Assembly: GCF_006345805.1 (NCBI RefSeq)
Contig: NC_043010.1
Coordinates: forward strand, 54,560,001-54,624,000
Direction of reading: 5' to 3'
Length of the DNA: 64,000 bases
DNA from: Octopus sinensis
Taxonomy: Eukaryota
Program-made: the position numbers and the translations under genes
Notes under the pieces: generated by a model
What the model was told of the DNA's origin: nothing
The model's database searches: none
Seen by the model: the letters and a program-made list of their open reading frames with translations, nothing else
Part shown: piece after piece, positions 51,101-64,000 of the stretch
How positions within the stretch are numbered: position 1 is the first letter of the stretch
Layout: the number at the start of each line of letters is the position of its first letter

Positions 51101-52207
51101 CTAAACCTGACACACATTTTCAGCGGATTCTAAACTTTGAACTTTACACTAATAGTCCGAGATTTTAAACCAGTGGTGGGATCAGCTCTAAAATCAAGAA
51201 CTAAAAAGACAAGGAACCAAGACAAATACTCCATCGTTTTCCAACAGAGAGCTCTCGTAAATCCAGCAGCCTAACGACGAACATTACAATTTCAAAGTTG
51301 AGTTTGAAATTCAGTAAAAAATATCACAGAACATTAAATACTTGAGTATTGACAGCAGATTTGTCTTATATCTTGACCGGACATATAGTTATTACAACCA
51401 AAATCCCAACAGATCGAACAAATGTGTTAGTTTTAGGGGTATACTGGAAATAATATTCAATGTGTCATTCGCAATTATCAAACAATAATTTTTTTAATAT
51501 CAGGAAGAATTAGTAAATATTTACTCATTAGTCGATCATCTGTGTAATAATATCCTAGACGGCATGTTTTATTAATTAATGTTACAATACCGAGTAGAAA
51601 TCTCTTCCGCAGGTTAAGTCCTATAATGACTAATTGCAGAAATATTTAAAATTCTCAAGAGTTTGGGAAGGAGAATAACTACAGTTCCTACGTAATAACA
51701 TTAAAGCCTTCGTTCAGAATATTCTTCTGAACTAATTATTTAATATAACGGCGAAATAGGAATCTTGCGTGAGCGCCTACAAACTCATACCTATTAAGGC
51801 AAGTGAAAATCGCCTACATTTGCAAAATCATTAATGTTGGATATGCGGACACGTAATCATACAATAATTCAAGTGAATTCCCATGAAATCCTCCCATTTC
51901 ATGACTAGATAGATGATTAACTACGTATCTCGATAGCACTGTTACTACAGCAATCTATTAAAACTCACGTAGTTTGTAACGCATCGAACCTATTCTCTTT
52001 CGTCGATAATAATCCAGACGAATTTATATATTTTCCCCCCGATTAGTGGTGTGTTGATTTCAAGAATCGTTTTACAATGGACCAAAAGTTTATGTCAGTA
52101 GAATTTGGAGAATGTTATCGAATGTCTCTTTTCAATAAGGTGTGAGTCAATCGATTATTGTAGGCAAAACAGCAAGAACAATAACAAACACATACAGCAG
52201 AACAGAC

Positions 52208-52250
<43 letters not shown>

Positions 52251-52263
52251 CATATATATACAT

Positions 52264-52294
<31 letters not shown>

Positions 52295-52339
52295 CATATA
52301 TATACATATATACACATATATATTGTTATATATATCCAA

Positions 52340-52370
<31 letters not shown>

Positions 52371-52529
52371 TTTATACATATATATATATACACTATATAT
52401 ATATATTATATATTTCATATATATATTATATGTATATATATTATATATATATATGTATATGTGTATATAATATCTATATATATATTATAATATATAGATA
52501 TGTATTATATGTATGTATATATATGTATA

Positions 52530-52561
<32 letters not shown>

Positions 52562-52582
52562 CTATATATATATATATGTGTA

Positions 52583-52614
<32 letters not shown>

Positions 52615-53170
52615 GAAATATAATGGGGGAGAATAACATTAAATATACATACAATGAGTAGGTAAAAATTCACTAATATATAACTGTACTAGATATTTAT
52701 AAATAAAAAAACACAACAGAACTTAACATTCCTAACACAACACAGAGAGTAATATTCTCATCAGTTATCCACTGCATTACGGATTTTTCTTGATAATGAA
52801 TCCAAGGCAGATTGTAATGTTGTAAATCATGAATCAGACGTAGGAAACGCAAAGGTACATACAGGAGGTCATATGTATGATCTATGGCATTTAGCTTTCA
52901 GGCAGATATTAACCTTCTCTGAACCCATAATTTAAATAAAATCACATCTGCAATAGTGAGCAAGTACAAATATAATGCACGTAATTATTTGGATATTGCA
53001 AAACTTACGCATACTTCACGGAAATGTAGTTATACTTCTATATATGGAGATAGACGTGGATAACTGGGAAGCATTCGTTCAAAAACAGAGCAAGGTTCAA
53101 AGCAAAGATTGCACTACTCTGACACAAAGGAACTATCAATTTGACATACACGCACACACACAAACACACA

Positions 53171-53239
<69 letters not shown>

Positions 53240-53271
53240 GGAGAGATAGAGATAGAAAAAGAGACAGATAG

Positions 53272-53311
<40 letters not shown>

Positions 53312-53366
53312 TACTATCTATCTATGTACGTATATATGTATATATATATATATATATATGTGCGTG

Positions 53367-53399
<33 letters not shown>

Positions 53400-53448
53400 A
53401 TATATATATATGTATATCTATCTATCTATACATATGTATATATATATA

Positions 53449-53858
53449 CTCTTTTAGTCTCTTTTACTCTTTTACTTGTTTCAGTTATTTGACTATGGCC
53501 ATGGTGGAGCACCACCTTTAGTCGAGCAAATCGGCCCCAGGACTTATCCTTTGTAAGCCTAATACTTATTATTTTACCGAACCGCTAAGCTACGGGGACG
53601 TAAACACACCAGCATCAGTTGTCAAGCGATGTTGGGGGAACAAATACAGACACACAAACATATACACATATTTATATATATGTTTACATATATAAGACGG
53701 GCTTCGTTAAGTTTCCTGTCTACCAAATCCACTCGCAAGGTTTGGTCAGCCCGAGGCTATAGTAGAAAACACTGGACCAAGCTGCCGCGCAGTGGAACCG
53801 AACCCGGAACATATGGTTTGTAAGGAAGTTGCTTACCACACAGCCACTCCTACGCCTA
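53449..53858 (-). mobile_element. SINE family B, full length
   Basis: Complete module order, with (tactctttt)n-type tail repeats. Confidence 0.9.
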
Positions 53859-53880
53859 TATATACAACTATTTATCTATA

Positions 53881-54295
53881 CATTGGGTTGGCAAGGAAGT
53901 AATTTGGTTTTTTTAATGTTAATGAAAAGTAAATTTTTCATGCAAAAAATAAACTTTAATCAATTATATATTTTCCATTTTGTTCGAAGACCGTTTGCCC
54001 TCTTCCTGGCAGCTTCAAGATTCTGCGCTCGTAAAACTTCTGGTCTTTATCAGTCAAAAACTGAAGCAAGTGGGATTTCAGGTCATCATCATTATTTCAG
54101 ATCATCATCATTATTCAAAGAATATTGGAAACAACGAAATAAATGGTAATCTTATTGTGCAAGGTCAGAGGTATATGGCGGCTGTAGCATCACTTTCCAA
54201 TCAACCCCCAATGGTCTTTTCATTAGTTAACAAAGACATCTGTGGTCTAGCGTTGCCATGGTGGAACACGATTCCTTTAAAAATATCGGTCTTCT
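53881..54295 (-). mobile_element. Mariner 3' end with terminal inverted repeat
   Basis: KGIVFHHGNARP, QPPYTSDLA.*DYHLF, KFYERRI.KLP..NGKYIID*; end ttgggttggcaaggaagtaatt next to TA. Confidence 0.85.
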
Positions 54296-54297
54296 TT

Positions 54298-54487
54298 GGA
54301 AGCGGCGAGCTGGCAGAAACGTTAGCATGCCGGGCGAAATACGTAGCCGTATTTCGTCTGCCGTTACGTTCTGAGTTCAAACTCCGCCGAGGTCGACTTT
54401 GCCTTTCATCCTTTCGGGGTCGATTAAATAAGTACCAGTTGCGCAGTGGGGTCGATATAATTTCGTCTGCCATTACGTTCTGAGTTC
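54298..54487 (+). mobile_element. SINE family A, 3'-truncated, with a short re-entry unit
   Basis: Head to ggggtcgatata, then atttcgtctgccattacgttctgagttca repeated. Confidence 0.9.
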
Positions 54488-54569
54488 ATGCATCTCTCTT
54501 TTATGTATGTGTGTGTGTGTGTGAGTGTGAGAGAGAGAGAAAAAGAGGGAATGTGCCACTTAGGTATCA

Positions 54570-54602
<33 letters not shown>

Positions 54603-54924
54603 GCACACATACATAGAAAAAAGATGTATGTATATTTATTTTGTGTGTACGTATACATCACAACACACCCCTTCAGACACACACAGGCACACACACAGAC
54701 ATGAATATATACAAACGCACATACAAAAACGCGCATGTGCGTGTGTGACTGGATGCAAATACCTAGAGCTAAACACGGCGGGCGAAAAGAAAATAAACCA
54801 AAAATTTTCTACAGAAATTAATGGAGTGTGGAGTTCAGAAGGAAATTAAACCAGGAGCGCGTGTGTGTGAGAGGAAGGGAGAGAGAGAGAGAGAGGGAGA
54901 GAGAGAGAGAGAGAGGGAGAGAGA

Positions 54925-54968
<44 letters not shown>

Positions 54969-55355
54969 ATTGCAAACAAAGAATGAGATAAACATGGAAT
55001 GAAAAAATGGTATATATAAAAGCACGTTAAAAACTATCTTGTAGCGAATATTTAAATTTGTGAACTTCATAAAATATATCTTTCAGTAATTTATCGTAGT
55101 TGTTTACAAATAACGAACATTAAAATAGAGAGTGACAGACCTCTCCGTTTTGACGTCCATACCGGAAGTTGACATTGAGAAACCCTTTTAAAAAAGTGAA
55201 TAATAAATATAAAGCAATATTTATTTTATTTGATGAAAAAAAAATCAAATGAAGATCCTATTATATGTACGAGGTCAAATTATTCATGCTTCACAAATAT
55301 GAAAGTTATTAGTGAAGCCGTTTTCATGGGAATTGCGATTACACACACATCTCTG

Positions 55356-55434
<79 letters not shown>

Positions 55435-55477
55435 TGTGTGTGTCTGTGTGTGTCAGTGTGTGTGTATGTATTCCTTT

Positions 55478-55869
55478 ATTGTCTTGTTTCAGTCATTTGA
55501 CCGTGGCCATGCTGCAGCACTACCTTTGGTCGAGCAAATCGACCATGGGACTGTTCCTTGTAAGCCTAGTATTTATTCTATCGGGTATCTTTTACCGACC
55601 TGCTAGGTTACGGGAACGTAAACACACCAACATCAGTTGTCAAGCAATGGTGGGGGTGAAAATACAGACACACACATACACATACATAAATATTTACATA
55701 TATACAAACCGGTTTTCTTTCAGTTTCCGTCTACCAAATCCACGCTCAAGTCTTCGGTCGGCCCGAGTCTATACTAGAAGACACCTACCCAAGTTGCCAC
55801 ACAGTGGGACTAAACCCGGAACCATGTGGTTGGTAAGCAAGCTACTTACCACACTGCGACTCCTGCGCA
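55478..55869 (-). mobile_element. SINE family B, full length
   Basis: Complete module order. Confidence 0.9.
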
Positions 55870-56170
55870 TATATATGGCTCAGTGGGTAGGGCAGCGGAC
55901 TCGCGGTCGTAGAATCGCGGTTTCGATTCCCAGACCGGGCGTTGTGAGTGTTTATTGAGCAAAAACACCTAAAGCTCCACTAGGCTCCGGCAAGGGTGGT
56001 GGCGATCCCTGCTGTACTCTTTCGCCACAACTTTCTCTCATTCTTTCTTCTGTTGGCCTGCTCGCTTAGCCAGTGGGGTGGGGTCATTTAAAGGCTAAAA
56101 CAAGGCGAAGCGCATTGTGACCAGCGATGTGTAGCAAAATCCGATAGCCTGGTCGGTCACGGTGATCACG

Positions 56171-56172
<2 letters not shown>
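55870..56172 (+). mobile_element. SINE family C, tail type 2
   Basis: Head matches 41386; body diverges after ctttctctcattctttc into a different tail ending ggtcacggtgatcacggtgat. Confidence 0.85.
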
Positions 56173-56206
<34 letters not shown>

Positions 56207-56213
56207 TGTTTTC

Positions 56214-56345
56214 AACTATAATCTCGGGCCGCCCAAATTCTTGTGAGTGGATTTGGTAGGATTTGGATATATATACATGTATATGTATATACATATGTGT
56301 GTGTGTATGTTTGTGTGTCTGTGTTTGTCCACCCGCCCACCCGTC
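56214..56345 (+). mobile_element. SINE family B internal fragment
   Basis: ctcgggccg..ttgtgagtggatttggtag..microsatellite..gtctgtgtttgtcc. Confidence 0.65.
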
Positions 56346-56597
56346 CACCCCGAAACGCCTGCGAATGTAGAAGTGAATGACAAAGAAATAGAAGAGATTT
56401 TTAAAAAGCACAATAGAAACTGCTGAAAGATGTGATTGCAAGAATGTGTGCAATGACAAAAAGTAACAATAAGGCAAATAATTGATGGCTGTCTGGGTGC
56501 ATCAACAACATGATTTGAGAAATTTGGTGGGGAGAATTTAGGATTGACATGAAGGTAGAACTGCCCTATTGAGAATCACACTGGATTATAAAATACA

Positions 56598-56831
56598 TAT
56601 TTCTTTACTACCCACAAGGGGCTAAATACAGACAGAACAAACAGGGACAGACAAACGGATTAAGTCGCTTATATCGACCCCAGTGCGTAACTGGTACTTA
56701 TTTAATCGACCCCGAAAGGATGAAAGGCAAAGTCGACCACGGCGGAATTTGAACTCAGAACGTAAAGACAGACGAAATACCGCTAAGCATTTCGCCTGGC
56801 GTGCTAACGTTTCTGCCAGCTCGCCGCCTTA
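56598..56831 (-). mobile_element. SINE family A, full length
   Basis: Reverse complement of the complete family A unit. Confidence 0.92.
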
Positions 56832-57154
56832 AACAAGCTGTTTAACATATTCTCGTTGACGCCTGGTTTATATTCAATGCCTTTTATGTTCGGGGAGATC
56901 TTGGACGGTGGGGTCCCTCGATTATCTCTAGAGATCCTCCTGTATCAACAGGACTATATCACCATCATCCTCACATTTATTTACAGCTGTATACTATGTG
57001 TATTTCCTTTTCCTTTTCCTTGTCATTGTATACCTTGTATACTTACTGTTTTTTTTATTATTTATTTCACTATTTCGTTATATACAAAACATCTACGCTG
57101 TCCGTCTGTCTTGGTATTGACCCCACGTCCGTCGCTCTGATGACAAATAATGAA

Positions 57155-57655
57155 ATCATCATCGTCATCGTCATCACCATCGTCATCATCATAATCATCA
57201 CCACCACCACCATCACCATAATCATTTCACCATCATCATCATCGTCATCATCATCATCGTCATCATCATAATAATCGCCACCAGCACCACCACCATCATC
57301 ATCATAATCATCACCACCACCACTAACACCACCAACACCATCACCACCATAATCATCTCATCATCATAATCGTCATCATCATAATAATCGCCACCAGCAC
57401 CACCACCACCATCATCATTATCATCATCATCATCACCATCATAATCACCACCACCACCACCACCATCACCATCATCATATCATCATCATCATAATCATTA
57501 CCAACACCACAAACAACACCACCACCAACACCAACACCACCATCATCATCATCATCATAATCATCACCACCACCACCACCACCACCACCATCACCATCAT
57601 CATCTCGTCACCATCATCATCTCATCACCATCATCACCAGCAGCAGCAGCAGCTT
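57155..57655. repeat. (CAT/CAC)n degenerate trinucleotide array
   Basis: Direct repeats. Confidence 0.9.
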
Positions 57656-58589
57656 CATTGTAGATACGTAAAATGCTCCATGGGAACGTTTAGCAACCTA
57701 AACTCCCGTCGAACTTTTACTACCGATTTCATTTACACCATCCTCACTTCAATCAGAGTGGCCATTATTACCATCACAATAATGGAACATATGTTGGGAA
57801 GCGCTCTACAGCCCCGCCCCGTCTTCAAGATGACTGTGCAAGAAGATAATGAACAATTGTTGCCGTACCAATTGTTATTATATATCGACATTGTTGAAAT
57901 GAATATACTCCATACACTTTTTGTCCATTTGTCCTTCCATACATCTGTCTATATGCCTTCCCGGCGATGTGTTTTTCATTTTGACCATTCAACTGTACAT
58001 TAAAAACAACTGGAGCAGATTAGAATGGCTGCAGTCGACCGTGGTCTATTTTCCGTCCCCATTCAACCTTTAGAAGACAACCACCACAGTTTTTTTTTTT
58101 TTTTTTTTTGTGATACACAAACTATCTAAGCGTAAATCATCAGCAGCGGTAGTGGCCGCTTAAGGATTATGGAAAGCTTTATTATAATACTGATATCAAG
58201 TCATATTCGTTGTCGATCGTGTACATATGGCTGCAAGTGAAAGGTTATTGATTATAGACCGATAGTATTCAATGGATTACCAATATAAATAATTGCAGAA
58301 TAGAAGAGGTCGGCTGCCATTCGATTCATGATAATTGCCAATTTCAGATGTGTACACAAACACACATCTCATATATATATATATATATATACATATTCCT
58401 TTCTCTCTCTCCCTCTCTCGCTCTCTCTCTAACTCTCTCTCTCTTTCTCCTTCTCTCTCTGCTTCGCTGTTTCTCACCCTCTTACTATCTGTCTGTCTAT
58501 CTACCCCACTTTTTTAATCCCCCAAAAGAAAACCTCTACCTTGCAATTTGGCCCCTCTGTGTTCAGCCATGTGTGGCTAATAACGAGAC

Positions 58590-58875
<286 letters not shown>

Positions 58876-59454
58876 CAGTCGTAACCCATTGATACTCCTG
58901 CAATCGAATCTGTTCCATACCCCTGATCTTGTCAATTTTTCCTCCTCTCTATCTCTCAATATGAAGTACAACACCGCACTGTTTCACTATATTCTCCAGT
59001 AGAAAGATTCAATTCGGTATGTACCATTACATCTATCCATATTTACAAACAAATGAATAATCAGTCAAGTATTCGAACGGCGAATGACATACGTACATAA
59101 AAATTCAATTAATCGTTATTACGAGAAAAAAAATCTACTGACAACAGCATATTCTGCTAGAGGCCATTTCCTTCCATGTCGTATTTCAATGTAGCATGCG
59201 TATATTTCTAACAGATATTCACTCGCAAAATGAGCACACACACACACACACACATACACACACACACATAGTTGAGGTGTATTCCTTAAAGAACATATTA
59301 GCGTACAGAGACATTCATTCTTTTACTGACACCACCTGAGGAGATACAACTAGTTCCTATTTTAGAGGTAAGCCGTTACTTAATTTAAATTCAAATCCTG
59401 TATATATATATATATATGTGGGGATATGTTGTATCAAAACATATGTAGTGGTCC

Positions 59455-59765
59455 TTAAACAGCTGGGAAATTGCTGGCTTCAGTTTGTTGACCAGCAAAA
59501 CATTGTGTCTTGCACTGTTGAGCGTTCACCCCTTTTCCTAGTAGTCTCCCAGTATAGGCCCTTTTGGGTGCCAAAACAGAGGTAACATCATCTTTCCTGC
59601 GAAAGAGTGAATCTTGAATTTCTTCGTTGTTGGTGAACCAGGATGTCTCTACTCCACGCTAACATTTGCATTCTGCCTCACAATGATGGCGCCACGTTTT
59701 ATCTCCTGTAACTAGTCTGCTCAAAACACCGTCGCTCTCGTTGGTGTAGTGAATCGTGCTGCATT
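59455..59765 (-). mobile_element. Inverted mariner fragment (first catalytic Asp region)
   Basis: Minus strand VLSRLVTGDKTWRHH..KFKIHSFAGKMML..KGPIL..NKLKPA; homologous to ~60300-60590. Confidence 0.85.
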
Positions 59766-59774
59766 CAGCGCATG

Positions 59775-60735
59775 CATGCTTATAGGTGGTACTATTTTGG
59801 TCATGTGATTGATGCTTTTCGTACCGATCTTCCTTCTGGCTTTACAGTATAAGCATGGTCGCTACACTAGCAATGTGCACGAAAGAAGACCAAAGTGTGT
59901 TGATCTGATTTCTCTGGTTGGAAGGTGTCCCAGGTGCTGAAATTCATCAGAGGCTTTTAGCACAATGCGAGGACATTGTACTACAGTGTAGAAGTGCGTA
60001 TGTGTGGATCGAGAAGTTTAAAAGTCGCCGGTCAAGCTTGACGAACGGAGAGGGAGCAGGACGCCCGTCAAACTCCACCAGTCGCGAGAAGATTCAGCAA
60101 GCTCGATAGATGGTGATGGTGAACAAGCGAGTTATCATCGATGAGCTAACTCCTTCTCTGCAGATTAGTCAAGGTTCTGCCTATCAAATCATCCATGATG
60201 AGCTTGGCGTCCATAATGTCTGTGTAAGATGGGTGCAAATACAGCTTACAGCAGAACACAAGCGGAAATGACAGGAGGTCTTCTAACGTTTACTCAATCG
60301 CTAAATGAATGAGGGCGACGAAGTTTTGAGCTTAATAATCGCAGGAGATGAAACGTGGGTCCATCCTCATGAGGCAGAATCCAAAGGACAGAGTGTGGAG
60401 TAGAAATATCCTGGCCCGCCAGCAATGATGAAATTCAAGATTCAGTATTCAGAGCCAAAGTTGTTGCTAACTCTTTTTAGGGGACTCAAATGGTCCTATA
60501 CTGGGAGACGACCTGGAAAAGGTGTGTACGTTCAACAGTGCAAGATACAATGCTTTGATAGCCAACAAAGGAAGCCAGAAACTTGCACCAAACAGCGAAG
60601 CCTAATGCTGAAAATATTTTCTTGTTACATAACAATGCACGCCCGCACAAGGCCGCCCAGACCGTTGAAACCATTAACAAATTGGGCTTTGAAGCAATGG
60701 ATCACCCTGCCTACAGCCCTAATCTTGCCCCTTCA
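59775..60735 (+). pseudogene. Near full-length mariner transposase pseudogene
   Basis: MVATLAMCTKEDQ..GVPGAEIH..WIEKFKS..GRPS..IIHDELG..VRWVQ..GDETWVH..LLHNNARPH..HPAYSPNLAPSE with several stops and frameshifts. Confidence 0.92.
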
Positions 60736-62229
60736 GAATAGAGTGATTCAATGCCCAAGAGATTTATGCTTTGGTACTTATCAAACTAGTTATAGGTCGA
60801 AGTCCTCAGAGTTTCTCTAGTTATTTTCGTATCAACAACTATTTGAGCTAGCAAAACATTCGGTTTGTGAGTATTTGTAATTATGTGTAATTGCCAACGC
60901 ACGAAACTCTCGGAACATGAGTCACTTCTACTGCATATCAATTATTTATATATACGATGCGCTTATTTTATTCCGCCTGTCAAATCCACTCAAAAGTTAC
61001 CGATATTTACAAAGCTTTAGAAAGATGTGGTCGAATTTTCGACTAAACCTTCGATATGGTTCAATACCGGTGTGTGTGTTTGTGTGTTTGTGCGTGTGTG
61101 TGTATTTGTATGTGTGTGTGTGTGTGTGTGTGTGCGTGTGAGTTTATATACGTACATGGAGAGCTAAGCTAGTCAGAATGAGAAACTGCATTTCCAGCAT
61201 CATGTGAAAAACGATTCCCAGTGTTTTATAATATTCTTCTTCGTTTGTCTTCTAAATCATATTGCCGTTCAAAGTTGAATGTCTCTTTTTTCTTTTATAA
61301 ATTCTATTTTCTATAGATAGATATATATTCGGGTTACATAATTCGTTACCAGAAGAGCCATCCTTTGATAAATTGTGCAAACAAAATATTTCTCTATGTT
61401 CGACGAATATCCGGTTTGAGAAGACCGGAATATATTTCTTTAACCACAGGCAATATTAAAAATCAGTATTCTTCAACAACAACACGTATGCCATTTCGTA
61501 CTACCAGCGTCGCACACGTCTGTGCGGGAACAAGCACACACACACACACACACACAGACACACACAACGACAGGAACACGGAAACATACACACAACACGC
61601 ATATGCTCGCCTGCATATATGTGCGTATATCTCTGTGTAAATGTACATATACACAGATATACGTACCGTCACACATACATTTATCTATCAATCTATCTAT
61701 TTATCTATCTCTCTGTCTATCTGTCTATCTATCTATCTATCGATGTATGGATGGATGTAAGTGAATGAATGTCTGTTTCTGTGTATACGTGACTGCATTT
61801 TGTAGCCAGGTTCGTTTGAATGATTGTGCAAACAGTCAAAACAGGCATGCAGACTTTCTCACACATAATACATACATACACAGACACACGTATGCATATA
61901 CTTCGATGTAAGCGTTCGTATATGTTTGTTTTTTTTTTTTTTCACGAGTCAATAGCTTAGGTTAAATCAAACCTAATATCAGACCTTGGTCGCTGGATAA
62001 AATTATTGAAGTATATTACTTTAACCTGTTCGAGCAAATTATTTATTATTTAGCCAATCGAGTCCAGCTCCCGGCGTCATTTTTATACTTTCTCACACTT
62101 GAATAAAGCACGTTCAGAAAGTAGATATATTGGAAATGTGTTCAGGTCGGTGATAGATTCCGGTTGAATATTTCTTCCAATAGTTTGGTTAAATCAATTT
62201 TATATCTACCTTAACTTCAGACTTCATAA

Positions 62230-62682
62230 AAACAACCTCGACTCACATTCCGTCGGTTGCGACGACGAAGGTTACACAAAAACAAATGCCGGTCATTTTC
62301 TAACGATTGAATAGGGGCATAAATACACCATGGGCAACTACAGGCACCATACTCTGCTACAGTTATGTTCCATGCATTGTTGAACGGACCACGTGAAAGA
62401 TATATCGACTGAGAAGCATCGAGACAGATTGAGTGTGAAATTGGTTTGCAAGTGGCTGACCACTCCCCAGACACGAGTGCCCTTAACGTAATTCTTAGGG
62501 AGATATAGCGTGACAAAGAATGTGACGAGGTTGGCCTTTTGTATTACAGATACAACTAATTTTTTTTAGTTGCATGGATTCTAATGAAGTGACTTACTCA
62601 AGGACACAACGCACCGATGTTAATCGTGCTAATATCATTACCATCGAACCCGAGAACCTCAACCACTGTACCATGCGCCTTT
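62230..62682 (-). mobile_element. SINE with D-like (CORE-like) head and C-type tail 1, 16-bp TSD
   Basis: TSD acttcagacttcataa at 62214-62229 and 62683-62698; tail matches 41580-41770; extra ~150 bp inserted near 62275-62430. Confidence 0.8.
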
Positions 62683-63099
62683 ACTTCAGACTTCATAATA
62701 ATAAATGAAAGAGCCAAAATAAAGAGCTCAGAGTTCATCAGAAGATTGTCGATAGAGCACACCACACTGGACTCGACAAAATAAAACAAGATGACTGTAT
62801 GAATAGGCCACAGAATAATAAAAACGCACAGAAAATGGTTATAACTCCAGATTTGCTGGTTATAACCCCAGACATATTCCACTCTACGTCAGACTACCCA
62901 GCAACTATGAGAGAGTACAGCATGCTTGAAGAAACTCTGTATATGTAGTAGGTTATATTTTTATACCAATCACCTGAAGTGACACAGGGTGCATTGATTA
63001 AAGTGTCACTACTACAGGCACAACATACTACAGGATGGGACGATATGGTACAGATTGGATAAAGTTTCGTACCAAATCCCCATCAATTATGTACGTGTT

Positions 63100-63130
<31 letters not shown>

Positions 63131-63263
63131 TTCTGTGTGTGTACGTGTCTGTATCCATCTCTCTCTCTCCCTCCCTCTCTCTCTCTATCTATCTATGTAT
63201 TTCTCTATCTATCACTCTGTTACTACAAATATATATATATATTATATATATATATATATATAT

Positions 63264-63311
<48 letters not shown>

Positions 63312-64000
63312 TATATAATATATATATTATATATAATATATATATATATATATATGCAAAGAGGTTTTAGAATGAATTTATATATTTCCTGAAAATATAA
63401 ACGATTGATTATACCAAATAAACTTTTAAAAGAATGTGGGAAACAGAATTTCACAAATATTTTGGGAAGAAGAGCTTACATTTTTGAAGTGATTTTAAGT
63501 GTTTTCAGTTTTTGACATACGCCTATATTAGCTTAATTTATATAAGAATTCAGTTCTTAAATGAAGTGAGGAATATATTCAGCACAGTTTGTGATACTTC
63601 AAAAATTATTCTTGTTATTGTCTTATTCCATTTCGAGAAATGGAAATATTATGAATTCCCAATTTCGAACCATCCGTACACGTTACTAAATGAATCATTC
63701 CTGAACAATAAATTTGTTCTACATGTAACCTAAACGGGAAATATTAATTTTGTTCCTATTTCTCCACCATATTTCTGATTGCATTGTTGGCAGGTCAGAC
63801 ATTACCTAAGATTTTCTCTGCCATTCACGTTTGTGTTGTTAATACATTCCGGTTCCTTTCCATTTTTAATCATTTAGATCTTGCCCTGTTCTATTATTCC
63901 ACATACCGTATCACGAAGATTTCCACATATTTTTACCCACGTTATTTCTTCTGATGTGAATTTGACCATTGTTAGGGGTATTGCGGATTTCATGCTTGTC

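Noticed and set aside
57125-57160. CTGATGA followed by GAAA next to the (CAT)n array
   Set aside because: No helix II, III or I pairing; the sequence is truncated by the microsatellite.
57680-58003. 107-aa plus-strand ORF
   Set aside because: No recognisable motif and no convincing splice sites; cannot be distinguished from a chance ORF.

Overview
AT-rich animal genomic DNA, almost entirely repeats and intron/intergenic sequence, with one 100-N assembly gap (45402-45501). The tRNA-derived SINE families and extreme microsatellite load look most like an octopod cephalopod; this is an inference from recalled repeat families, not a search. I recognise no intact host gene. Nearly all ORFs in the track are microsatellite artefacts, and only scattered, unassignable exon-like segments remain. 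Supported elements: (i) three R4/Dong-type non-LTR retrotransposon 3' fragments, each next to (AAT)n; (ii) a 5'-truncated, frameshifted CR1-clade LINE; (iii) several mariner relics, including a near full-length pseudogene with an inverted partial copy at its head; (iv) a decayed Penelope-like (PLE) RT not visible in the ORF track; (v) about 25 SINE copies in four head families that swap 3' tails, several with clear target-site duplications; (vi) a 62-bp-arm MITE-like hairpin and an ~800-bp inverted-repeat element; (vii) a local inverted duplication with a templated junction. The most interesting signal is a set of minimal type I hammerhead-ribozyme-like motifs, in at least three distinct sequence types, inside short PLE-like repeats (11812-11864, 19029-19084, 19714-19753, 20664-20719, 21731-21786, 27253-27292). 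All have palindromic or near-palindromic helix III, and two carry a compensatory U3-A8 core. All coordinates were read by eye and repeat edges are approximate.
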